Assembly: GCA_963797095.1 (NCBI GenBank)
Contig: CAWCNY010000003.1
Location: 672,001-736,000 of the forward strand
Reading direction: 5' to 3'
Source: an uncultured Chloroflexia bacterium
Lineage (GTDB): Bacteria; Chloroflexota; Chloroflexia; QHBQ01; JADMIH01
Length of the DNA: 64,000 nt
Shown: positions 1-10,584 of the stretch, one piece after another
How the letters are laid out: the number at the start of each line of letters is the position of its first letter
Position numbering within the stretch: the first letter of the stretch is position 1
The notes under the pieces: generated by a model
The model's database searches: none
Told to the model about the DNA's origin: nothing
What the model saw: only the letters and a program-made list of their open reading frames with translations
Position numbers and translations under genes: made by a program

Positions 1-876
1 CCTCACCCCCGTGCTCCCAATATGGCAATATCGCCCCGGCTTCAACGCCCAACGTCCCCTCAAGTCCGCAGAGCCATTCGCCTCGATGATATACATATAA
101 GCGATAGATGCGGCTACCGCCTCTCCCCTATATTCCACGACGAAAGCCTGCCGCTCCATCCTGTCTGCCTCCGGCTTGCTTTCCTTCTCCCATATTCGCG
201 TCAGGATCCCTCGTATCTCGGTTTCAACCGCGGGCACAACCCTCACCGTCGGATCGTAACCCTCATGGAACTTATACTCCTCCACGTGTAACGCCGCTAC
301 CGCATCTTCATCCTCGCGCCTCACCTGCCTGACGACCAACCCCTCAATCGGCACGCGCGAAGATGGCGGAAGCGCGCCTGCGGGGCGTAACGCCGTCACT
401 GACACCCACATCCATCCCCGCCTCTCCAACAGGTGCCACACCCACTTCTCGCACACCGGCCTCGTCAGGTTCACCCCCGTAGTCTCCTGCTCGTCCCACC
501 ACTCCTGCATGCTCGACAACAGCGCTTCCGCCACCACTTCGCGACGTGGCTCATCCTCTCCAGGCAACGCCAGCAGCCTCATCGCCCCGTCCCTGGCTCC
601 CATAAATGTGAGTCCCTCGCTGTCAGGTGGCAGTGCCCGTACCTCCCCCATCGCACACCCCAGTACCTCGCCCCCGGCCACCGCCACCAGGCTGCACACC
701 CCAGGCTCAATCGACGCCCCCTCGATTACCCGCCCGATCTGCTCCCCCTCGTGTGGAGCCGACAACCTGGCATCCAACCCATGCCAGCGCGCCTCCTGCC
801 GCCTGATCAAATCCGCCACCCTCGGCAGATGTGCGCCGCTCATCCTCTCAACATCAACTCCCTGATGAATACCCAT
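1..876 (-). CDS. GNAT-family N-acetyltransferase, partial (runs off left edge; missing from ORF track)
   Basis: Hand translation from ATG at 876 (GAGGT upstream) stays open to base 1: MGIHQGVDVERM...VRQVRREDEDAVAAL...AFVVEYRGEAVAASI...RYCHIGSTGVR, matching the GNAT beta-strands before motif A. Confidence 0.6.
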   Translation of the reverse strand, partial: MGIHQGVDVERMSGAHLPRVADLIRRQEARWHGLDARLSAPHEGEQIGRVIEGASIEPGVCSLVAVAGGEVLGCAMGEVRALPPDSEGLTFMGARDGAMRLLALPGEDEPRREVVAEALLSSMQEWWDEQETTGVNLTRPVCEKWVWHLLERRGWMWVSVTALRPAGALPPSSRVPIEGLVVRQVRREDEDAVAALHVEEYKFHEGYDPTVRVVPAVETEIRGILTRIWEKESKPEADRMERQAFVVEYRGEAVAASIAYMYIIEANGSADLRGRWALKPGRYCHIGSTGVR

Positions 877-1033
877 ACCTCACCCCTCCCGGGTCGACGT
901 ACCTTCCAACCCACCCAACCCGCAACCAACAAGGCCGATCATAATACCCAAGAATACCCCAAAAGGGATCAATTGTGGGGATGGGTTTTACCCATCCCCA
1001 CGCCACCAATTATCCTGCCCCAAGAAACAACAA

Positions 1034-1116
1034 TCGGTAGCCGGTTTGTTCGGCTACCGACTACCGACTACCCACTACCGGCTACCGGCTACCGGCTACC
1101 CACTACCGACTACCGA
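1034..1116 (-). repeat. Hairpin TCGGTAGCCG/CGGCTACCGA whose arm extends into 9 tandem heptamers (CTACCGA/CTACCGG/CTACCCA); probable terminator of the metal-binding protein gene
   Basis: Inverted repeat 1034-1043/1051-1060, T-rich tail on the minus strand, heptamer units 1054-1116. Confidence 0.75.
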
Positions 1117-1119
1117 AAC

Positions 1120-2079
1120 CTACTTCAAAGCTGCCACGATGGTATCAGTGTCATACCTCATCATCCCGATATACGTCTCCCCGGGCGACCCCGGCTCGCC
1201 CAGCGTATCCCCATACAGCGTATCCACCACCTTCACCCCCGCATCCTGCCCAATCTGCGTCGCCAGCGATGGGTTGATCGAGCTTTCCAGGAAAATGGCC
1301 TTCACATTCTCTGCCTTGATCTTCTGGATCAGGTCGGCCACATCCTGCGCCGAAGGCTGCGCGTCCGTGCTCATCGACGGTATGATCGACCCCACAAAAG
1401 TCAACCCGTACCGGTCGATGTAATACCCGAAAGCATCGTGGTTGGTGACCATCTTGCGCTGGTTCTCCGGCACGGTAGCGATCTGCTGCATGATATAGTT
1501 GTCCAGGTCCTGCAAGTCCTTCAGATACTTATCTGCATTGCTCGTATAAGTGCTTGCATTCGCCCCGTCCACCTTCACCAGCGCATCCCGAATATTGGCC
1601 GTCATCGTCATCGCGTTGGCCGCGCTGAACCAGATGTGGGGGTCCGCGCCCAGCTCGCCTTCTTCTTCGCCCTCCCTGGTAAGCACGCCCTCGCTGACCG
1701 TCACCACCGTCCTGTTTCCGCCCGCGCTATCGATCAACTTATCCACCCAGTCATCCAACCCAACTCCCTGCTTCAGCACCAATCCACTCCGGCTGATCCC
1801 CTCCACGTCGCTAGGCTTCGGCTCAAACTCGTGGGGGTCCGCCCCCGGCGGCAATATCGACCGCACAGTTGCCTTGTCCCCCGCCACCGCCTCCGCCATG
1901 GATCGTATCTGCGTGGTCGTAGCCACCACCACTAACTTAGAACCGCTTGTAGTCGGCGTACCCTCCGGCTGGACGGTCGCCGTTGCATCTGTGCCACAAG
2001 CAGCCAGCAACATCAACATCACAGCCGCGACACTCCGCACACCGGTCCTCGCAACTAATCTAGGATCAAGTCGAGACAT
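1120..2079 (-). CDS. Zn/Mn ABC transporter substrate-binding lipoprotein (ZnuA/TroA family)
   Basis: Lipobox LLAAC; motifs GADPHEFEP, DPHIW, NHDAFGY, YGDT; GGAGG RBS before ATG at 2079. Confidence 0.92.
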   Translation of the reverse strand: MSRLDPRLVARTGVRSVAAVMLMLLAACGTDATATVQPEGTPTTSGSKLVVVATTTQIRSMAEAVAGDKATVRSILPPGADPHEFEPKPSDVEGISRSGLVLKQGVGLDDWVDKLIDSAGGNRTVVTVSEGVLTREGEEEGELGADPHIWFSAANAMTMTANIRDALVKVDGANASTYTSNADKYLKDLQDLDNYIMQQIATVPENQRKMVTNHDAFGYYIDRYGLTFVGSIIPSMSTDAQPSAQDVADLIQKIKAENVKAIFLESSINPSLATQIGQDAGVKVVDTLYGDTLGEPGSPGETYIGMMRYDTDTIVAALK

Positions 2080-2110
2080 AATCATACCTCCAGCCAAGAG
2101 CCTTCATGAA

Positions 2111-2230
2111 TATTAGAGATTTAGTATCAATTATCTCCTAAAGAAAACCGGACAACTTGCGTTCCTCCGGCCATTTAATGATACAACGTATCAATCACAC
2201 GATTGTAGCACGCGCACTCATGCCTGTCAA
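2111..2230 (-). promoter_or_regulatory. Sigma70-type promoter of the substrate-binding gene with two Fur/Zur-like boxes
   Basis: Minus strand TTGACA(2230-2225)-17 bp-TACAAT(2207-2202); palindrome TGATAC-AAC-GTATCA at 2179-2193 and a degenerate copy at 2115-2129. Confidence 0.65.
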
Positions 2231-2261
2231 GACCCATCCTGGCATCCGGCACCCCAATCTT

Positions 2262-2699
2262 TTACTTCTGGCATTGGGGGCAGATGCCCAGCAGCTCCAA
2301 CCGGTGCCCCTCCACGCGAAAAGCGGTACGTTTCTCGATCTCGCGCACCAGCCCCTCCAGTTCGCGGCCTTCCTTGAAATCTGTCACGCGCCCGCACACA
2401 TTGCAGATCAGGTGGTGGTGGTGTGTCTCGTCACAAGCCAGGTAAGCGTGGCAGCGTCCATCCTCGGCATCCCTATGGATCCTTTGCACCACCCCCAACT
2501 TGCCCATGAGGTCGAGCGTGCGGAACACAGTAGCCCGCCCAACTCCCGGCGCTTTCTCCTGAATGGCCTCCCACAACTCGGCAGACGTAAATGGCGTCCG
2601 CCGGCCAAGTATCTCATCCACAACAGTGCGCCTAGGCTCAGTAGGCCGGTACCCCTCGCCCGCCAATCTCCCCATAACATCGTCTATATCCGGCATCAA
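2262..2699 (-). CDS. zur: Fur-family transcriptional regulator (probably Zur)
   Basis: GRATVFRTL helix, HHHHLICNVCG and C-terminal CPQC; lies within a metal ABC operon. Confidence 0.8.
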   Translation of the reverse strand: MMPDIDDVMGRLAGEGYRPTEPRRTVVDEILGRRTPFTSAELWEAIQEKAPGVGRATVFRTLDLMGKLGVVQRIHRDAEDGRCHAYLACDETHHHHLICNVCGRVTDFKEGRELEGLVREIEKRTAFRVEGHRLELLGICPQCQK

Positions 2700-2753
2700 T
2701 CTCTCCCTCTATCCATCGCTATCAGACAGTCGGAAACTTTCACTCGTCACTCA

Positions 2754-3635
2754 TCACTCGCCACTCGTCCCCGCTATCCTTCGTCCATTATCTACCCGCC
2801 CAAACCTCGCCACTAACCCATGCCGCGGCGCGATCAACAGCGAAACACCGAAGGTCAGCGTCGCCACCAGCACAATCGTTCCACCTGCGGCCAGGTCACC
2901 ATGATAACTCACTAACAATCCTACCACACCCGACCCTGCCCCAAACAACGCGCTGAGCACCATCATCACCTTCAACCTGTCGGTCCAAAGCCGAGCCGCC
3001 GCCGCAGGGGTCACCAGCATAGCCACCACCAGGATGTTACCAACCGCCCTCAACGATACCACAATAGTCAGCGCGATCAGCACCAGCAGGCCCAGGTTTA
3101 TCAACCATACCGGCAAACCCACAGCCTCCGCCATATCGTCATCGAATGACGTAAGCACCAATTCTTTATGAAACAAGATCAGCGCTGCCAGCACCAACAC
3201 CCCAATGATCACACTCGAAACCACATCCTCAATACTCACACCCAGCACCTCCCCAAAAAGGAAGTGCTCAAGCTGAGCCGTGTAGTCACGTACTCCGCTG
3301 ATCAAAACAATGCCCAGCGCGAACATCCCAGCGAACAATACCCCGATGGCCGTATCCTCCGACACCCTCCTGTTGCGCGACACTCCTCCAATCAACACCG
3401 CCGTTATCACGCCGAACAAAAGCGCCCCCACAAAGAAGCTAACATGCAACAGGAAAGCTATCACCACCCCGGGAAAGATAGCATGCGCCAGCGCATCACC
3501 GATAAAGGCCATCCCCCTCAACACAACATAAGTGCCGATAAGCCCGCAGATCAGCCCCATCAGCACAACCTCCAGCATAGCCCTCTGCATAAAGGCGTAC
3601 TGAAGCGGATCGGTTATCCAATTGAATATGTCCAT
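2754..3635 (-). CDS. Zn/Mn ABC transporter permease (ZnuB/MntB family)
   Basis: GTYVVLRGMAFIGDALAHAIFPG, LFGEVLGV, VGNILVVAMLVTPAAAA; the ORF-track N-terminal extension is only translated heptamer repeats. Confidence 0.92.
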   Translation of the reverse strand: MDIFNWITDPLQYAFMQRAMLEVVLMGLICGLIGTYVVLRGMAFIGDALAHAIFPGVVIAFLLHVSFFVGALLFGVITAVLIGGVSRNRRVSEDTAIGVLFAGMFALGIVLISGVRDYTAQLEHFLFGEVLGVSIEDVVSSVIIGVLVLAALILFHKELVLTSFDDDMAEAVGLPVWLINLGLLVLIALTIVVSLRAVGNILVVAMLVTPAAAARLWTDRLKVMMVLSALFGAGSGVVGLLVSYHGDLAAGGTIVLVATLTFGVSLLIAPRHGLVARFGRVDNGRRIAGTSGE

Positions 3636-3643
3636 AAGTTTGT

Positions 3644-3766
3644 GTAGTCGGCAGTCGGCAGTCGGCAGTCGGCAGTCGGTAGTCGGAAAGCAACGAAATA
3701 CGCAGTACGCAGCCAATACTCGCCACTCGCCACTCGCCACTCGCCACTCGCCACTCGCCACTCGTC
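3644..3766. repeat. Two heptamer tandem arrays: G(C/T)AGTCG x6 (3644-3685) and ACTCGCC x6-7 (3718-3766)
   Basis: Read directly from the sequence. Confidence 0.9.
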
Positions 3767-3781
3767 GCTAGTTCCCCATCC

Positions 3782-4654
3782 TCACAAAACCTTGCTATGC
3801 GTCCCCGGAGGTGGCTGACCACCGGGGTGCCCATGCACATCCGGTATCACCGTATCGATATGCCCATCACCAAGCGAGGGCACCACCAGCGCGTGCCCCC
3901 CATACGTCGCCCGCAACACATCCGCTTGCAGCGCCTCGGCAGGCGTACCGTACGCCACCACCGCATGATTCACCATCACCAGGCGGTCACACCACTCTGC
4001 CGCAAGCTCCAGGTCATGCGTCGCCAGCACAACCGTCCCCCCCTCCTTCCTGACATCCTTGAGCAAGCCCCCTATCGTCTCCTGCGTCCCCGTATCCACC
4101 CCGTTCAAAGGCTCATCGAGTAAAAGCAATCGCCCTTCCTGCGCCAGCGCACGCGCCAGGAACACCCTCTGTTGCTGCCCACCAGAAAGCTGGCTGATCT
4201 GCCTCTCGGCGAAAGCATCCATCCCCACCCGATCCAGCGCATGCGCCACCGCCTGCCGGTCCGCCTGCCCAGCAAACCGTAACGGGCCGATCCGGCGTAT
4301 CCGCCCCATCATCACCACATCCCGCACCGTCACCGGAAAATCCCAGTTGACCACCTCTCGCTGCGGAACATATCCTATCAAGTTGCGCGCCTCAGCCGAC
4401 CGCACCGGAAACCCACCGATCTCCACCCGCCCCGAATACGCTCTCAGCGTCCCCAGCATAGTCTTGATCAACGTCGATTTCCCCGCGCCATTTGGCCCGA
4501 TCACTCCCACGATCAGGCCCCACCCGATCTCCAGGTCGGCCCCCGCCAGCACGGGCGTCTTGTCGTAACCAACCGACACATCTACAAGCCGAACGGCGGG
4601 GCCACCCTTCTGGCTACCACCAGTTGCCGGGCGCAATTGATACTCAGTATCCAT
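3782..4654 (-). CDS. Zn/Mn ABC transporter ATP-binding protein (ZnuC/MntA family)
   Basis: GPNGAGKST, YVPQR, LSGGQQQRV, LLLLDEP; start placed at MDTEY. Confidence 0.92.
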   Translation of the reverse strand: MDTEYQLRPATGGSQKGGPAVRLVDVSVGYDKTPVLAGADLEIGWGLIVGVIGPNGAGKSTLIKTMLGTLRAYSGRVEIGGFPVRSAEARNLIGYVPQREVVNWDFPVTVRDVVMMGRIRRIGPLRFAGQADRQAVAHALDRVGMDAFAERQISQLSGGQQQRVFLARALAQEGRLLLLDEPLNGVDTGTQETIGGLLKDVRKEGGTVVLATHDLELAAEWCDRLVMVNHAVVAYGTPAEALQADVLRATYGGHALVVPSLGDGHIDTVIPDVHGHPGGQPPPGTHSKVL

Positions 4655-4740
4655 AAGCCACATTATACCGGATAGATGCCAGGCACGCCAATCAAGAAGA
4701 GAGCAGGCCGCGGCCTGCTCTCTTCTTGATTGGTTTTGCT

Positions 4741-5697
4741 CTATCCCTCGTGCGGCGAAGCAAGGTAATCGCCTGGAGTGCGAGTTGGGGTCACCTGATT
4801 TACCGTTCGCTCCGCTACCCGATCCTCGCGGATACTCCACAGCAACAACCCGGCGAGAACCATGTTCACAATAGCGAAACCAAAGAACAACCCTGCCTCG
4901 ATAGGCGACACCTCCACGCCCGCCAGCATCTGTCCCACGGCCATAGCAGACGTAGCCAATCCCATCGCGACACCATTCATTAGCATCACTGGCGAAAATA
5001 GATACCCGAACAGTGCGCGCCTGAGCAGCAGCACGCCCGTCACAATCGACGTGGGAGCGATAATCCCCAGGTCCAGAGCCTGGATCACAAGCGTAGTGTA
5101 GTTGTCGATGCCCGCCGGAGGCGTAGCGTCGAGCAGAGGCGGCACGATGCGCCCGATCCACATCAGGGCAAGCATCGCCCCCACAAGAATGAGAAAGCTC
5201 CCTATGCTCTTTCTGGGCAATCTGTCCGAAAAATGGTCAGGCAGCATGTTTGCATCTATTGCCAGCAGCGAGAGTACAAATCCGAACAGGCTCAGCGACA
5301 TCAACGCCACATAGATGAGAAAGAACTCATTATAGGTCGTGAGCATGCACATAGAGGTATATGTGTAGAGGAAGTAGCCGAACATACCTGCGAGCAACAC
5401 TTTGCCACGAAGCAAACCGCGGGCGGCAAGCAAGCTTGCGACGATCAGCAAGGGGATGCCAGCAAACAGTGTCACGAAGTCCTGAGCGATCTCTTGAGAG
5501 GCCCCCGATACCGAATCGAGCCTGTAAAGCCCGCCGCCTCCCCACACCTCGACCGTTTGCCCACGCAACGTAGTGAAATCGTAATGGGGAGGAGCAGGCA
5601 ACCCCGGTATCAGCCACAGCGCCCCAGTGCCGGCGGCAATCAACGCTAGCACAGCGATCAACCCCGACAATATCGACAATACTCTTTGCCTATTCAT
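4741..5697 (-). CDS. Conserved multi-pass membrane protein, function unknown
   Basis: About 8 hydrophobic segments; GGAG RBS; QALDLG motif. Confidence 0.75.
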   Translation of the reverse strand: MNRQRVLSILSGLIAVLALIAAGTGALWLIPGLPAPPHYDFTTLRGQTVEVWGGGGLYRLDSVSGASQEIAQDFVTLFAGIPLLIVASLLAARGLLRGKVLLAGMFGYFLYTYTSMCMLTTYNEFFLIYVALMSLSLFGFVLSLLAIDANMLPDHFSDRLPRKSIGSFLILVGAMLALMWIGRIVPPLLDATPPAGIDNYTTLVIQALDLGIIAPTSIVTGVLLLRRALFGYLFSPVMLMNGVAMGLATSAMAVGQMLAGVEVSPIEAGLFFGFAIVNMVLAGLLLWSIREDRVAERTVNQVTPTRTPGDYLASPHEG

Positions 5698-5796
5698 TAC
5701 TTTGACTCCTCTCCATCCATACCTGCCGCACGGCGTTGCTCGATCACACCCAGTTATTCACGATCCCTGCCCGAACTCCCATGCCTGGTTCGGGAC

Positions 5797-5847
5797 GAGC
5801 CATCGGGTAAGTCCTGGTCATATGCCATAAGACTTACCCGATGGCTC
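5797..5847. repeat. Perfect 17-bp inverted repeat (operator or terminator)
   Basis: GAGCCATCGGGTAAGTC at 5797-5813 and GACTTACCCGATGGCTC at 5831-5847. Confidence 0.7.
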
Positions 5848-5927
5848 ACCTGAGATTCAACTACTCTCTGCCCGGTAGCGCTCACTTGCCACACTAATCT
5901 TGATATTGGTCCGAATGCTCGGTGTGA

Positions 5928-6227
5928 CTACGCTTCTTCACTCCGGCGCCCCTCCATCCAGAGGCTCAGTCCAACGATCATGCCGGTAATAGCCAGGGCC
6001 ACCCCCAGCCAGATCGTATGCGCAAGCTCTCCATCCGGTTGATCCAGCTGCATAGCAGGTCCGGCAAAGGGCCCGGCCCACGCCGCCTCTATATCAGGCT
6101 GCGTCAGGAAGCCCAGGAGCGTCGCACCGCCGAAGAGCACAAGCAGGAATGCTGCCGCCAGCATGCTAACCGACCATGAGATGCGCGAAAGCGGCAGAAT
6201 GGGTGTTTCAGTGATATGAGTCGACAT
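5928..6227 (-). CDS. Small two-TM membrane protein
   Basis: AAGGAG RBS; two hydrophobic helices. Confidence 0.65.
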   Translation of the reverse strand: MSTHITETPILPLSRISWSVSMLAAAFLLVLFGGATLLGFLTQPDIEAAWAGPFAGPAMQLDQPDGELAHTIWLGVALAITGMIVGLSLWMEGRRSEEA

Positions 6228-6326
6228 AGCAAACTCCTTCTAAAGCCGGGCCAACCATAAGCCCGGCTGGCGTGTGGAACCTGCAACGTTCGCTTCTACC
6301 GGCAGCTTGCACCCACCGCAAGGGAA

Positions 6327-6364
6327 GAAATATAAACGCCGGCCCCTGGGTCGGGGCCGGCGTT
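6327..6364 (-). terminator. Intrinsic terminator-like hairpin in the leader of the 5928-6227 gene
   Basis: Minus strand AACGCCGGCCCC-GACCCA-GGGGCCGGCGTT followed by TATATTTC. Confidence 0.55.
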
Positions 6365-6518
6365 GCCAAACCGAATAAGACGGAGGTTCCGGCCCGCGAC
6401 GGCGCAACTCTGTTCTGCCAGGGCAGATTCCACCGACTTCAGTGTAGCTCCCAAAGGTAGAGAGGCGGGTATAAGCGGGTTTCAAAACGGTGACAATCGC
6501 AGCGCCCGCCTGCTCTCC

Positions 6519-6534
6519 TGGCACACTCCGTGCA
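6519..6534 (+). promoter_or_regulatory. Candidate sigma54 -24/-12 promoter upstream of aceB
   Basis: TGGCAC-ACTCC-GTGCA with exact 10-nt spacing between GG and GC. Confidence 0.5.
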
Positions 6535-6716
6535 ATACTCTAAACGTGGGCCTCTACCGTCCCCTGTAACTACTTTGTATCTGCTAACCGGTATAACACT
6601 ACCGGAATGGCGATGCCTCTTCCTCGGTCGCCCATTCTCCGGATCCCGTACAATACAAGAAACACCCTGGTCTAATGCCTTATAATGAAAGTAGCAAAAA
6701 CAATGGAGTTTTCGCC

Positions 6717-8336
<1,620 letters not shown>

Positions 8337-8402
8337 CCGGTAGTCTGTGATAATAGCCGCTCCTATTCTGACTACCTACTACCGACAACAAGGAGGCAAA
8401 CC

Positions 8403-9677
8403 ATGTTCAACGGCGACGTGGTAGAACTTATCAAAGACTGGGATAACAACCCGCGCTGGCAAGGCATCACCCGCCCATATTCGGCGGAAGATGTCGCCAA
8501 GTTGCGCGGCAGCATCCATATCGAGTATACCCTGGCCCGCATTGGCGCGGAGCGTCTCTGGAGCCTCCTCCACAACGAGCCATACGTAGCAACTCTGGGC
8601 GCGCTCACGGGCAACCAGGCCGTCCAGCAGGTCCGGGCCGGCCTCAAAGCCATCTACCTCAGCGGTTGGCAGGTGGCAGCCGATGCCAACCTGGCCGGGC
8701 AAATGTACCCCGACCAGAGCCTCTACCCGGCCAACAGCGTGCCCCAGGTGGTGCGCCGAATCAACTCTGCCCTCCAGCGCGCCGACCAGATCGACCACTC
8801 CGAGGGGCGCAACGCCACCTACTGGTTCGCTCCCGTTGTGGCCGATGGCGAGGCAGGCTTTGGCGGTCCCCTCAACGTCTTCGAAATGACCAAGGCCATG
8901 ATCGAAGCTGGGGCGTCGGGCGTCCACTTCGAGGACCAACTCGCCTCCGAGAAGAAGTGCGGCCACATGGGCGGCAAAGTGCTCCTCCCCACCCGCCAGG
9001 CCGTGCGCAACCTCACCGCTGCCCGCCTCGCCGCCGATGTCATGGGCGTGCCAACCCTCATCGTGGCCCGTACCGATGCCAACGCCGCCACTCTTATCAC
9101 CTCCGACATCGACCCCTACGACGCCCCCTTCATCACGGATGAGCGCACCATCGAGGGCTTTTACCAGGTGCGACACGGCCTCGACGCCGCCATCGCCCGC
9201 GGCCTCGCCTATGCGCAGTACGCCGACATGATCTGGTGCGAAACCTCCGAGCCGAACCTGGAGGAGGCCCGACGCTTCGCCACCGCCATCCACGAGCGCT
9301 TCCCCGGCAAGCTCCTTGCCTACAACTGCTCCCCCTCCTTCAACTGGAAGAAGAAGCTCGACCCTACAACGATAGCCCGCTTCCAGGACGAGCTAGGCGA
9401 GATGGGCTACAAGTTCCAGTTCGTGACGCTGGCTGGCTTCCACACCCTCAACCACGGCATGTTCAGCCTCGCTCACGGCTACCGCGACCGGGGCATGGCG
9501 GCCTACTCCGAGCTACAGGAGGCCGAATTCGCCTCCGAGGCCGATGGCTACAGCGCCACCAAACACCAGCGCGAGGTCGGCACAGGCTACTTCGATGAGG
9601 TCGCGCAGGTGATCTCGTCGGGCCAATCGTCCACCACGGCCCTGGCCGGAAGCACCGAGCAAGAGCAGTTCCATTGA
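8403..9677 (+). CDS. aceA: Isocitrate lyase
   Basis: Signature [34 protein letters not shown]; AGGAGG RBS. Confidence 0.98.
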   Translation: MFNGDVVELIKDWDNNPRWQGITRPYSAEDVAKLRGSIHIEYTLARIGAERLWSLLHNEPYVATLGALTGNQAVQQVRAGLKAIYLSGWQVAADANLAGQMYPDQSLYPANSVPQVVRRINSALQRADQIDHSEGRNATYWFAPVVADGEAGFGGPLNVFEMTKAMIEAGASGVHFEDQLASEKKCGHMGGKVLLPTRQAVRNLTAARLAADVMGVPTLIVARTDANAATLITSDIDPYDAPFITDERTIEGFYQVRHGLDAAIARGLAYAQYADMIWCETSEPNLEEARRFATAIHERFPGKLLAYNCSPSFNWKKKLDPTTIARFQDELGEMGYKFQFVTLAGFHTLNHGMFSLAHGYRDRGMAAYSELQEAEFASEADGYSATKHQREVGTGYFDEVAQVISSGQSSTTALAGSTEQEQFH

Positions 9678-9738
9678 TAAACTCCCATCGGGACTGACCG
9701 GCTATATACCCAAAGGTCCACTCTCTTTTGAATTGTGT

Positions 9739-9763
9739 GGCGGCTCCAGACGAGCCGCCTTTT
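9739..9763 (+). terminator. Rho-independent terminator after aceA
   Basis: GGCGGCTC-CAGAC-GAGCCGCC-TTTT. Confidence 0.7.
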
Positions 9764-9861
9764 CCCTGCCCCTATTAACTAAATGACATTGGCAGGCCAA
9801 ATCTGGACACGTTCAGACCCGTACTTTTGGGGGATTTTTCGGCGAAATTTCCACCAACCAC

Positions 9862-9925
9862 TTGACAACGCTAATTGCGCGCAGTATATTTAGTTAGGCT
9901 AATACTTAATTTACCTAACTAAATA
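9862..9925 (+). promoter_or_regulatory. Promoter and probable MarR operator
   Basis: TTGACA(9862)-17 bp-TATATT(9885); 12-bp inverted repeat TATTTAGTTAGG(9887-9898)/CCTAACTAAATA(9914-9925). Confidence 0.75.
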
Positions 9926-9927
9926 AT

Positions 9928-10398
9928 ATGGACCTAGAACTGACAAGCGAAAACGCCACCGCACAAAAGCTCCTGGAGACCTTTGGTCGCTTCAGGCGGC
10001 ATGGCTGGCGGCAGGCGCCTATCGAGGACCTGACCCCAAGTGAGATGGCCCTCCTTTTTGCCATCAAAAGGACCATCCAGGAAAGCGGCACGGGCGCGAA
10101 GGTATCTGATCTGAGTGCCTTACTCAGCGTTGCACCTCCAACGGTCACCCAGCAGCTAAACAGCCTGGATGCCAGGGGTTACATCGCAAGGCATATAGAT
10201 CCCGACGACAGGCGCGTGATCCGCGTCACCGTTACCGAGAGCGGCGAAGAGATTATTCGGAAAGCCCACCACGCATTTATAGAGTCCATAACCGGCCTTG
10301 TTGAATACCTGGGCGAGGCAGATAGCGAAACGCTGGCGGACCTTATGGAAAAGGTCTACACCTACTTCCAGGAAGCCTCCACGACACGAGGAAGATAG
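9928..10398 (+). CDS. MarR-family transcriptional regulator
   Basis: Winged HTH pattern VAPPTVTQQLNSLDARGYI..DPDDRR..VTVTESG. Confidence 0.9.
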   Translation: MDLELTSENATAQKLLETFGRFRRHGWRQAPIEDLTPSEMALLFAIKRTIQESGTGAKVSDLSALLSVAPPTVTQQLNSLDARGYIARHIDPDDRRVIRVTVTESGEEIIRKAHHAFIESITGLVEYLGEADSETLADLMEKVYTYFQEASTTRGR

Positions 10399-10505
10399 AC
10401 CCGACCCCGCCTTGGCGGCAACACCTATTGCAACATTCCCACCTGAGAAACGTAAATCCCCTTGATCAAGCAGCAACAATTCTCCAATATCCGTCTAATG
10501 GAGTA

Positions 10506-10551
10506 TTGACAACGCCTCTGCTCTGATCTATAGTAGCATAACGATATATCG
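10506..10551 (+). promoter_or_regulatory. Promoter of the ABC exporter genes with a palindromic site
   Basis: TTGACA(10506)-17 bp-TATAGT(10529); palindrome CGATATATCG at 10542-10551. Confidence 0.6.
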
Positions 10552-10584
10552 CTACATATCACGATACCGTGTGAGGATAACCAT

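Noticed and set aside
1054-1116. Possible CRISPR array in the short repeats
   Set aside because: Units are 7 bp and contiguous with no spacers; no cas genes in the window
433-1935. 500-aa plus-strand ORF
   Set aside because: Antisense shadow of the GNAT and metal-binding protein genes, with low-complexity Pro/Arg/His composition; the same applies to other long antisense ORFs such as 6822-8186 and 45915-47429
3636-3761. N-terminal extension MASGEWRVASGEW of the permease
   Set aside because: It is the translation of heptamer tandem repeats
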